DNA from: Camelus ferus
Taxonomy: Eukaryota
NCBI RefSeq assembly: GCF_009834535.1
Contig: NC_045697.1
Location: 8,434,001 to 8,498,000, forward strand
Length of the DNA stretch: 64,000 nucleotides
Direction of reading: 5' to 3'
Below, piece after piece: positions 1 to 11,789 of the stretch. The position numbers were made by a program, and so were the translations under genes. Under the pieces are notes generated by a model. That model worked only from the letters and a program-made list of their open reading frames with translations. It was not told the origin of the DNA and did not search any database. Within the stretch, counting starts at the first letter, position 1. The number at the start of each line of letters is the position of its first letter.

Positions 1-569
1 GTTAATAACTGACCTAGAAGTTGCCACAGAAATGAGAGCTAGCCAACTTGCACCATGGTACCTCTATACAGGTCAGCAGTTAGCATCCTCAGGACCCCAT
101 GGAGATAAGCATAAATGTGGAGATGAAATGGGTAAATAGGCTGAAAATCTTTTTACAAAGCCATTGGATCACCATATCCTCTCCACTACTACAACTCTGG
201 TAGTAAATGCAGGTTTATTTTCTAGGAAAGATAAGACAGAAGGTATATGGACCAGGGGACACCATGTGAAGTTTAGGTACAGTGCTCTGGAAACAAGGAG
301 ATTACATGAAAATTTACATTCTAATTGTTCCTTTAGGCTCTCAGGTCTCTAGAAGCCAAGCCTGTATCTCCCAAGCAGGACACTAAAAGATTACTCTCCA
401 GGAAATCTGATCAGCCCAAGAAAAATTATCTAAAGACATTCATATCAGCAGTTCCCCCTATAAAAAGCCCAGATCTGGGAGAAGAAAAAAAAAGGAAAGA
501 AAAGAAAAGCCTAGCTCTGGCACCTGATAATGGAGATCAGGGTCAAACATCCAGCCACACATCTCAGAC

Positions 570-1900
570 CAAACCAAAAATGAATCAGGTATCATAATTC
601 TCAAGCAGGACTCTTGAAGCTGGAAGACAATGGAGAAATATCTTCAAATTACTCAGGGAAAGTGATTTCCAACTGTGATGGTAAACTATGTGTCAACTGG
701 ACTGGACCACGGGGTATCTAGATAATTGGTCAAACATTTTTTCTGATTGTTTTTGTGAGGGTGTTTTTAAATGAAATTAACCTTTAAATTGATAGACTAA
801 GTAAAGCTCTTCCTAAGGTGGGTGGGCCTCATCCAATCAGTTGAAGGCCTGAATAGAACAAAAAGGCTGACCTTCAGACAGGAACTCCACTGTTGGCTCT
901 TCTGGTTCTCAGGCCTTTGAACTCAGACTGGAACTAAACCACTGGTTTTCCTGGTTCTCCAGCTTGCCAAATCACTCTGCAGATCTTGAAACTTGCCAAA
1001 CTCTGTAACTGCATGAGCCAATATCTTGTAATAAGCCTATCTATCCATCTACCCGTCCGTCCATCCAACTGGTTCTCTTTCTCTAGAGAATTCTGACTAA
1101 TATATCAGTATTAATTCAGTGTAAACAGAGAATAATAACCTGTCAGATCCCCCAAAAGTTACTTCTATTTCTCCCTTTATCAAAAACCTAGAAAAGCAGG
1201 GGTCCACCAAGGAGAATGGACCAAAACTCCAGAAGTCATGGACAGAGGAAACAGAAACTCCAACACAAGAGACAGGGTATCCCTAGGGTGTTTTAGGAGG
1301 GTCTAGGTTGCAGATCTAGAAAAGGAACTAGTCCTCTAGAGTGAAAAAAGGCCCTAACGACAATGTCTCCCAGGGGACGGAAATCGAACGCTACTTTTGT
1401 TTTATTATGTTAAGGGGAGATTCAACAAACTGGGAGAGAGCTTGAGGAACATTTAGTAACAAGTATATTTTTAAAACCAACCAACCAAACACACAAAAGT
1501 CTGCTATAGAAGGAAAGTAATTATAATATGCTAAATGGCTTAACTATTACAAACACTGAATTTTGTCTTAACTAAGATTATGGTATAACTAAAGATCAGG
1601 AAATTGACAACACTGAAGCATTTTTGACGAAGAAAAGTAGCAGTTTCCTAGAATTCAACCTAATATAATAGAAGGTTGGGGGTGGGGGACCGTGCCAGTG
1701 TGTATGCTGAGCAGGAGGAGGCGGGGAAGAGAGCTACATCCTGTCTTCCACTGTAGGAAATCAGTCAGTAAGGCCTGAAACTGACAAATGCAGGAACAGC
1801 AGGGAAAGCGTGTTACCTAGAGATACGGAGGCAAATATCCACAGGAACAACAAAAATGGTGAGAGCTGCTGCGGGAGTGAGGTCCACCAGACGTGTAGTC
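570..1900 (+). mobile_element. HAL1 / L1 ORF1-like ancient LINE relic, interrupted by an MLT2 LTR
   Basis: 614-673 reads LEAGRQWRNIFKLLRESDFQ, typical of L1-ORF1/HAL1. A-rich LINE-like sequence resumes after 1104. Boundaries approximate. Confidence 0.6.
674..1104 (+). mobile_element. MLT2-family (ERV-L) solo LTR
   Basis: Starts TGTGATGG...TATGTGTCAACTGGACTGG, contains GGGTGGGCCTCATCCAATCAGTTGAAGGCCTGAATAGAACAAAAAGGCTGAC, and ends CTCTAGAGAATTCTGACTAATATA; all are MLT2 hallmarks. Confidence 0.85.
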
Positions 1901-4519
1901 CGATGCAGCTGTTTGCATCTTCAAACTACATTGTCCATAAAAGCTGGAATCAGGGGAAAAAAAGAGCCTTGCTTCCCATGCTGTTAACAAGGCGGAGATC
2001 TTATGCTCGGTAGACCCAAGGAGAATTAAAATCGACCGACTTCAGATTCGCCAGAGAATCAGCCAGATGGGTCCACATCAACTTCTTCTCATGACCCTGT
2101 GTTGTACACTCAAAAAAAAAAAAAAAAAAAAAACAACCTTGCTTATAAAGGGGCATATGTTTATATATCCAAGCAGAACTTTCACCAAGAAGTATAAATA
2201 GTTTGTGATGGTTGAAGGAAACATTCATAGTTAATAATTAATTAAGTCAAAATGAAAACCTGAGCTAGACTAAACAATGATGGAGAATGCTAAAGGATCA
2301 GTGAAAACAAATCATAATTCTACAAAAGTGTGTTTTCCTGTATATTTTGTTTTAAACTGGGTGTCCTACTTAAATACATTGTTTGTGCTAATGTTATAAT
2401 GTTTGTGCTTAGTTCCCTTAATAAGTACTTTTTCTTTAAATAAAAAGCACAGTTGAGTGTGGAAGCAGTCTTATTTCCCCATCGACCAAGATTCTGATAC
2501 TCCTGTGGGTTCATATTACAAAACAATAACTAGTGACCTATCTAAGACAAGAGAGTTTACCCAACTTACATGTAAAATATCCAGCAAGAAAAAAAAAAAG
2601 TTTCATCCTAAATGGACTAGCAAATACAAACCTGTGAAGAATGGAAAGCACTATCAACACGGAGGTGCCTTGGTTATTGCAATGTGATGGTTAACTGGTC
2701 TACAGTAACTATTTTTACTCTGAGGAGAACATTTTCAGAGGAACAGGAGAGGCTGGAGTCAGGCTGCAGAAGGTTAAAGAATATGTGGGATATGAGAAGT
2801 TACAGATGCCAAGTGCAGAGAACTCTTTAAGAAGTTTGCCTGTGAGGGGGTAAGACAGTAGCTGGAAGACAGGGGGTCAAGAAGGTTTGTTTTGTTTTTC
2901 TGTTTTTACTTTAAGATGAACTTCCTTTTGGATGACTTTGGAAGCTCATAAGATGATCAAAAAAAAAAAAAGGTGGAATGACAACGTATATTGGAAGGAA
3001 GAAAGGGAGAAAGGTAAGGAAGGGAGAGAGAACAAGAGGGGAAGGACGGGTGGAGTTAGGAGCATTTACACCACGTACTGGTAGTTACTCATGTTTCAGA
3101 TGAGGAAACTGAGGTTGACAGAGAACAGAGGGAAGCAGAACCATGTTCCAAAGTGCAGTCTGCCTGAGCTCAAGTCGACCATGCTCATGAATCCCATGCC
3201 TTTGCACCTCACAGGTAACAATTACCTAGAACTGGCATTCAGTTCTTTTGGGAGTAAAGAAAATTTTGAAAAAGACACTGGTACCATTTGTCAATTTTCC
3301 AACTAAACCATTCCTAAAAGGCTGGGTTAAGTGAGAGAGGAGTTAGAAATGACCATCGGTGCATACAAAAGGGTCTGAAAACAACACAAGGATGTAGGGA
3401 AATGCTGCTGCCAGCCCTTCAAGCATTTCACATCCTCGCAGTGAGAATGCACACAGTTACTGAACAGAGCGGAGCCCCTCGGTGTTGGTTACACTCTGAC
3501 AACAAAGGGGAAGTCAGCGCAGACAAAAACTATTAATGCATCCGGCAGACTCATTCACTCTGCATTTCTGAGCCGTTGCTTGGCCCCTGCTAAGGCGCCC
3601 CTGAGACAGCTCAACCAACACAATGAAAGGTGAAACTGCACACAGCAGATTTGTTAAACCAGGCTAGCACATTTAGAAGGAAATATCACTCCCAAACAGC
3701 ATTGCCATTAGCAAACTGTATAATATTTATTAAGCACTCCACTGCCTGGAATGCCCTCTTGTAACCAGTAAAGATTAGGAGGTAAAGGCCATAGGAAACA
3801 GGAGTTTTTCTCTTGTGAGTGCAGACAGGGAGCACTTTATGGTTTCGCGTAAGCTGGAGCAGTGCATGCTCTCTTAGCGGTCACTTTCCACGTCACCTCG
3901 AAACTGAGTCATCCAAGTTCCCAGGGCCCTGTGACATGTCATGCTGGCAAGACAGACATCTGGGAGAAGTCTGTCTTCCATCCTTCAGGTCTTCCCCCAA
4001 GTCTAAATACCACTGCCCTCTCAGGAAGTGAGAACGGCCGGAAGGGAGGGAAGTTGAGATTCTTCAAGGTTCTATTCCCACTGCCTTCAGGGACGGCAGC
4101 CGGCCCTGCCCGGCACAGGGGAGGTGCCTAACAAGGGCTTGCTGAGGTCACGAGCAAACGACCGGATGAACAAGTGGACAGAGAGCGCACTGCTGAGAAT
4201 GGAGTGGGGACGAATGTGGAGGAAAGATAACTGAGACAGAAATCAGGAGATTCAGGTTCTAGCCACATCAACTCAGTAGAATCAAGGCATTTAAACTTAA
4301 TTTCTTGTTGATATCTGAATATAAAGCAGGACAGGTGTATGTAGCACAGACACGTAGCACACACGTGTAGCAGTGTGTTTAGCACACTCCACCAATGACT
4401 GGTGACAGATGATATAGAAGTGCTCCAGCTCCCTCATCCCGCAGCTAGGATAAATCTGAGACACACCCTCTTACGTGTTTCTAACCAGCATACTCCCCCA
4501 TATCCGAGGTTCTCTCTTG

Positions 4520-5400
4520 AGCTTCCAATTTTTATGTCCACCATACTGTAGACATCTCCACCTGGACATCTCCCAGGCACTTTAAATTTAACCTACAAAA
4601 CTGAACTCATTATCTTCCTCTGCCTCTTACTATTTCCCATCTTAGTTATTCGACGCACCATTCACTCACCCATCCAGGTCAGAGGACTGGGATTCATTGC
4701 TAACCTCGCCCTTTCACTTGCCTCGTGCTCATCCATTTCATTCTTTGCACGCTCCTGACTTCACCTCTTATGCATTCTCTAAATAAGTCCCTCTTTCTCC
4801 ATCTTTACTACCAGCACCAGGAGCCTGTCTCACCTGGATTACTGCGGCACACGTCTAACTCCTGCTGCTTGCTGAGTTGCCCGTTCCCACCGCCCTGCAC
4901 CCATGCTTTGCACTGCATTTCTAACTGCTTCAGTGGTTCCTGCCTCCATAAGGATAAAGTCCCTGGCCTCTTTGCCATTTTGCAGGTGCTCTGTGAGGCC
5001 GCCCACAAGCCACAACACCAGCCTGTCAACTTAGCAATTTCTAGTCTAGTAAATACTAACGGCTTGTTGTTTCTCTATCCCACCAGTCTTTTTGCCTAAA
5101 TATTTTGTCTTCTTTGCTGGAATACATTCCCATCCTTCTTCACCTGAATATGTGTTCTGGATTCAAAGCATCCATTTTTCCCTTCGGAAGATCTTCCTAT
5201 CCCGGACCCAAGGCTGCGCTGGGTTGCTTCTCCGCCATGTGTGCATAGCATTTTAAGCATCATACTGAAATGATCTGTTCCCTCAGCCTGACCATAAACC
5301 TTTCAAGGCTAGAGATCATGATGTGTTTATTCTAATATTCACAACATCTTTCCCATGCACCCAGAACATAATAGGGAGCCAATAAATATTTGTGGAGTAG
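4520..5400 (+). mobile_element. L2 LINE 3' region
   Basis: GACATCTCCACCTGGACATCTCCCAGGCAC...AAAACTGAACTCAT motif and L2-type 3' end (CCAATAAATATTTGTGG). Confidence 0.75.
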
Positions 5401-8129
5401 TGAAAACCTTTGTCTAGCCATGTCATAAGATTGCAGTCGTCCAGTCAGGGGACTGTAGGTCTTATCCCACAGGTGGTAGGCATGATCCAAGTGGTGTTTC
5501 AAAAAGTCATTTTGGTAGCAAGGTGGTGGGTTAAAGGAAAGGAGACAGTCTTGGAGATGGCATTTCATTCTATATTCCATTCTACTTTATTCTGTTTTCC
5601 ATTCTATGACTATGATCACAACGTGTAATTGTGTATTTATTTGTCTTCATTTTACTTTTAACTTCTGCCTCCCTGTGGCAAGTAATTCCATGTCTGTGCA
5701 CAGACTACCCAGTGCCCAGGGCAATGCCCTCTGTGATCACCGGGCAGGCCTTGCGAGTCAAGGAAAAGGTACCTACAATAACCGAGGTTTCTCTCTTGGA
5801 TAACAGTGGACAGTAAAGGCATTCATTACTGCCTGCAACATATTTTAAAATGCATTAACAATAATTACATGGATTGATTGATACCTACCAAGGAAGGAAG
5901 AAATAGATGAACAGAGACATAATAAAGCAAGCAGAGGAAACTGTTAATGATAGCGTCCCTCTACCACAGAAAGCATTCTGGTGTTCACTGTAAAATACAT
6001 TTAACTCTTCAGTATGTCTGCAAGTTTTCATAATAGATGTTGGGGATAAAAAAGCATTCATGATAAAAACTGACGGTTCCCAAATGGACATGAGGGATGA
6101 TGCGGAACAAGACAGGGGAACGATTCGCTTTCTTTTCTAGTACTAGAAACAACGCCCGCACCTGCCCTACTCCTCAGTCCCAGCTGCCACTTCAGCGCAG
6201 ATGGTCAACGAACCATACGTATCTACATGCCATCGGTGACCCCACCTTTCTCTGCCTCAGCTCCAGACTTGCTCAGTGAACCAAAGCAGTCTATTTCCGA
6301 TCACATCAGTAACCCAGCGTTTATTGTAAGTGCAAAGCAGGGCAGAAAGCTTGTCCCTGTTGAATCTTCTTGTTATTCTTAAACCGGGAAGTTGAACTTC
6401 CCCACCTGCAAATGAAACTAGAAACCTCTTTTCTCCACTCCCGAAAGGACTGGGGAAAAAAAAGATTTTCAAATGGAAGAACTCTTTTTCCAATGTACAA
6501 AACATTTTTTCTTCTTTCTTACTACTTGTCAAGAGCATCAACTTTCTCTAAAAATGCTGAAAAGCTACCTGGGAAAATTTCATGATGGCTCATTAAAAGA
6601 AAAATCACATCAACTGTCAAAAGAAGTTGTTACATTTTGTTTCCTGATCTTCTCGATAGTTTGGATTTTTAAGAGTTTTCTTCCAAAAACACAACCTAAG
6701 TCAATGTACCTATTCTCCAGGTTCTGAAACATGGGGACTTCTCGTAACTTTGCAAAGAGAAGGCAGTTGTTTGCCTGGCCCAAGGTGTACACTGACTCTT
6801 TCATGCAAATACATCTTTCTACTCCTGTGGCCAAGTGCCGTTCTGTTATTGCCGCATGTTTGTTCAAGTGGTGAGGAAATATTAAATATCACACATTCTC
6901 AGCAGAGACCAGACAGTAATTATCAACAGATGGCAGCAGCAGGGGACTGAGAGCACAGAAGAGTCCTCCCCGCGGGAGGGCTTGTGCCCATCCCCAGGCG
7001 ACTCACTGGTCACAGACCTGGGCAGATAAGATGAAGGTAACTACCGACCCCTCTCCTCACTCCCCACATTACCTTACCCTTTCCTGGGCATCCACCTTGA
7101 GCGGCTACTCCAGGCTCCCTCACAAGCGGCAGGAGATTCACCTGTGCGCTGGGGTCACTTGGCCATTGTCCGGAGAAGGGAAGCACCGTCAGGAGGATTC
7201 TGAGTGTTTCAGAAAATGCACAGAACATGTGCAAATGGATATAAGTCAGCTCAACAAGTGCACGCTGACAAGCTGCTCCGTTCCACATGCCTGCCAGACG
7301 AGAAATTAGGAACACAGAGATAAAAAGATATATACCTGTTCCTTGAGGAATTAACATCTAATGAGGGAAATAATTACTTACAATATACTAACAGCAGTCA
7401 TTGAAATATATATACTAGGTAAGTGTCAATTTTTTTTTCCATGATTAACTGTCTGGAATATAAGTTGTAGGGGTTTGGAAGCTATGTCAAGAAAGGCTTC
7501 GAGGAGAGGTGACATCTGGGCTCATAAACTAGAATACATTTATTCTAGAAACGTGACAGGTTATAGGCCTACAGCATTGAAAGAGACAGACAGGACCTCT
7601 GACCTAAGGAAGCTTCTATCTACAGGAAACAGGAAGATTAGAAGAGGAATTTTCACAGCAAACTAGCAGGCAAGGTCATTCCTAGAGGCAATGAGAGGGA
7701 TGACTTGTGCAAAGGCACAGACTATGGAAGAGTCGGGCATATGGACGAGGCGAGAAGCGGCTGCTGGGTAAATCTAGCAGCCCTTCCTTTACTCATGGAT
7801 GTATTAACCCAATCTTTACACCAAGGCACAGGCACGGGAAATGCAGTGCTGAACAAGCCTGGTGCAGTCTCGGTCTTTACGGAATTTATTGACTCCATAG
7901 AGAATGCTGGACATTGAGGACAATATTCAGTATATACTGTCTTCTTTAAACTCCATAGGAACTAAAGCCCCTTGAAGAATGTGGTTGTTTCCATCATGAA
8001 AAGAACAATTTTGATTTTTCTCTTTTAGGTAACTACAACGTAGACACAAAGATGAGGGAGAGCAGCATGGATGAAGGATTCTACAGAAATCCCACCATGG
8101 CTTAAAATCACTGCCAGGGAAGAGTGAAA

Positions 8130-8640
8130 ACAAAAAGATGCTCCCACATGGTCCTCCCATCAAAATCCATATGAAAAATTTAATGCAGAAAATAATGATA
8201 CCTTTGTACCCATCACCCAGATTGAACACACCTTAAAATATGCTCCACTTGCTATTGTGAAGAAGGAAAACATTACAGAGAGAACTGAAGCCCCTTTAAA
8301 CTCCTTCCTTATCCTCCCATCCTCCATCCTACTCCAGAAGCAACCACTAACCTGGTGTTCATCTTGGTCCTTTCTGTCTATTTTTAACAAATTATATATA
8401 TATATATACAAACATACACACACACATACATACATTATACAAACATACAACATACATACACACACACATACATTATATGATATTAATTTATTTGTTTTAA
8501 GATAGAATTGTTTTGCATAGTCTGTATAATTAAAAATAATAATATTATACTCTATGTTTTATTCTACAACTGACTTTTTATACTTAAAATTAAACTTTCA
8601 GGATTTTCCCATGTTATTCAAGACAATATCTCCTGTATTT
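8130..8640 (-). mobile_element. Old L1M (L1ME-like) 3' fragment with internal (CA/TA)n microsatellite
   Basis: Antisense L1ME-type GTACCCATCACCCAGATT...CCAGAAGCAACCACTA motifs; CA-rich repeat at ~8395-8475. Confidence 0.55.
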
Positions 8641-8663
8641 TTTTTTTGTTCTCATTTATCATT

Positions 8664-9148
8664 TGTGCTAGGATTCTCCAGAGAAGCAGAATCAGTGACA
8701 TATATATATATGACGAGATTTATTGTAGGGATTGGCTCACCTGATTATGGAGGCCAAGAAGTCCCATGATCTGCTGTCTGCACGCTGGAGACCTGGGGTG
8801 CCGGGGGTGTAATTCAGTCCGAGTCTGAAGGCCTGAGAACTGGGAAGCTGATGGTGAAATTTCCACTCCGAGTCTGAAAACCCAAGAGCCAGTATCTGAG
8901 AACAGGAGAAGAGGGATGTCTCAGCTCAAGCAGAAAGAGGGAATTTGCCCTTCCTCCAACTTTTTGTTGTTACTTGAGCCCTCGGTGGATTGGATGGTGA
9001 CCACCCACATTGGGGAGGGCCAAATGCTTTACTCAGTTTACCAACTCAAATGCTAAGTGCTTCTGGAATCACTCTAGCAGACACACACAGAAATACTGCT
9101 TTACCAGATCCGGGCATCCCTTAGCCCAGTCAAGTTGATACATAAAAT
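8664..9148 (-). mobile_element. MLT2-family solo LTR
   Basis: GGATTCTCCAGAGAAGCAGAA...GATTATGGAGGCCAAGAAGTCCCATGATCTGCTGTCTGCA...CCCAGTCAAGTTGATACATAAAAT is the reverse complement of MLT2. Confidence 0.85.
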
Positions 9149-9804
9149 GTACTTTATTGTTCTTTTTCTTAACTTCTTTTGCTCTCATTTTTTTAATTCT
9201 CTGAGATGTCTACAATTCTTTCTTTTTTCACTGTTGGTTGGCAATATATAAATTGTGTTTATATTTTAGTATTTAACATTAACCTTTTATAATTTTCTAA
9301 CAAGTCTAGGATTATTCACTATTTTTGTCCTCCTATAAACAAATCAAGGACTTTATCATGTTTTAACCATTCTGTTATAATCTAGTATCTATTCTTTTTC
9401 TATATTATCTGGACATTTAGTTTTATATGTTTCTTGGTAAGCTGTGTTTACCTTCATTAAATATACTAAGATATTTTGTTAATGTACTCGCTATTTTTAC
9501 TTGCATCTATTCATCTTTCTGGTTTTACTTTTCATTTTTTAAGCACATCTTTTTTTTTTTAGTAAAAGCTGTGGATGATAAATTCTTTAATCTTTGTCTG
9601 AAATTTTATTTATACCTCCCTCTTATAGTTTTTTTGGATCTAAAATTATAAATTGACAGTTATTTTCTCTCATCACCCTGAAGATATTGATTCATTGCCT
9701 TTTAGCATCTTTATGATAAGGAGAAATCACTGTCATTGTATGTCATTTTTTGTTGTTGTTGTTGTTAACTTACCTCTTCTCTCTGTTAGCTTTAAGATTG
9801 GTCA

Positions 9805-11567
9805 TTTTTAAACTTTTTTATTAAAGAATAGTTGATTTACCATGTTATTGTAGTTTCAGGTGTACAACATAGTAATTCTATTTTTATAGATTATGTTCCA
9901 TTTAAAGTTATTACAAAATACTGGCTATATTTCCCTGTGCTGTACAATATATCCTTGTAGCTTATTTATTTTATACATGTAGTTTGTATTTCTTAATCCC
10001 CTATCCCTGCCCCCTCCACTGGTGACCACTAGTTTGTTCTCTGTCTGTGAGTCTGTTTCTGCAATACACATTCATTTGTATAATTTTTTAGATTCCACAT
10101 ATAAGTGATATATAGTATTTGGCCTTCTCTGACTTATTTCATTAAGCATAATACCCTCCAGGGCCATCTACATTATTGCAAACAGCAGTTTCATTCTTTT
10201 CTATGGCTGAGTAATAATATACATATATTTATTTAATTATATATGTATCTTCTTTATCCATTCATCTGTTGATGGACACATGGGCTGCTTGCATTTCTTG
10301 GCTACTGAAGATAATGCTGCTATGAACATTTAGGTGCATGTATCTTTTCGAATTAGTTTTATTCATTTTCTTTGGATCTATACCCAGGAGTGGAATTGCT
10401 GGATCATATGACAGTTCTATTTTTAGGTTTTTGAGGAATCTCCATCCTGTTTTCCACAGTGGCTACACCAATTTACATTCCCACCAACAGTGTACAAGGA
10501 TTCCCTTTTCTCCACATCCTCACCAACATTTGTTCCTTGTGGTCATTTTGAAGAGAACCACTCTGACAGGTGTGGGGTGATATTTCATTGTGGTTTTGAT
10601 TTGCATTTCTCCTGTGATTATTGCCACTGAGTATCTTTTCATGTGCCTGCTGGTCATCTGTGTGTCTTCTTCGGAAAAATGTCTATTTAGGTCTTCTGCT
10701 CATTTTCAATCAAGTTGTTTGTTTGTTTGTTTTTTATATTGAGACATGTGAGTTGTTTCTAATCAGTCATATCATTTGCAAATATTTTCCCCCATTCAGT
10801 AGGTTGTCTTTTAATTTTTTCAGTGGTTTCCCTTGATGTGCAAAAGCTTTGAAGTTTAATTAGCCCCCATCTGTTTATTTTTCCTTTTGTTTCTTTGCCT
10901 TGGGAGACAGACCAAAAAAAATATTGCTATGATTTATGCTAAAGAATGTTCTACCTATGTTCTCTTCTAGGAGTTTTATGGTTTTAGGTCTTACATTTAG
11001 ATCTTTAATCTATCTTGAGTTTATTTTTGTACATAGTGTGACAAAATGCTCTAATTTCATTCTTTTACATGTAGCTGTCCAGTTTTCCCAGCACCACTTA
11101 ATAAAGAGAGTGTCTTTTCTCCATTGTATATCTTGCCTCTGTTGTCATAGATTTAATTGACCGTAAGTGTGTAGGTTTATTTCTGGGCTCTCTATTCTGT
11201 CCCACTTAACTATGTGTCTGTGGCAGTACCATGCAGTTTTGATTCCTATAGCTTTGTAGTATAGTCTGAAGTCAAGATGCATGATACCTCCAGCTATGTT
11301 CTTTTCTCTCAAGATTGCTTTGGCAATTCAGGGTCTTTTGTGGTTCCTTATAAACTTTAGAATTACTTGTTTTGTGAAAAATGTCATGGGTATTTTGATA
11401 GGAATTCCATTAAATCTGTGTATCCTTCTGAGTAGAATGGACATTTTAACAATATTAATTCTTCCAATCCAAGGACATGAGGTGTCTTTCTACCTCTTTG
11501 TATTATCTTCAGTTTCCTTCACAAAGTTTTATAGGCTTCAGGGTATGAGTTTTTCACTTCCTTGGTT
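9805..11567 (-). mobile_element. LINE-1 3' portion (3' UTR plus ORF2 C-terminal part), degraded
   Basis: Antisense L1: T-rich tail at ~9805-9820, TAGATTCCACATATAAGTGA, CCCAGGAGTGGAATTGCTGGATCATATG. The + strand ORFs at 10338-11682 are typical L1-antisense peptides. Confidence 0.92.
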
Positions 11568-11600
11568 TTACATTTCATTACACTATTACATGTCATACAC

Positions 11601-11789
11601 TAACATAGTATTAGAAGTCCTAGTCACAGCAATCAGACAAGAAAAAGAAATAAAAGCATCCAGTTTGGAAAGGAAGAAATAAAATTGTCACTATTTGCAG
11701 ATGACATGATACTCTACAAAGAAAACTAAAGTCTCCACTATTAGAACTAATCAACAAATTCAGTAAAATTGCAGGATACAAGATTAATA
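11601..11789 (+). mobile_element. Inverted 5' segment of the same L1 (RT-domain fragment)
   Basis: Sense L1 ORF2 NIVLEVLVTAIRQEKEIK...LFADDMIL, collinear with 51328-51526 of the young L1 in this window and opposite in orientation to 9805-11567. Confidence 0.85.

Noticed and set aside
2001..2133. Possible minus-strand exon after a poly(T) tract (…ACACAG/GGTCATGAG)
   Set aside because: Only 31 codons to a stop, no recognisable protein, no partner exons, and adjacent to LINE relic sequence.
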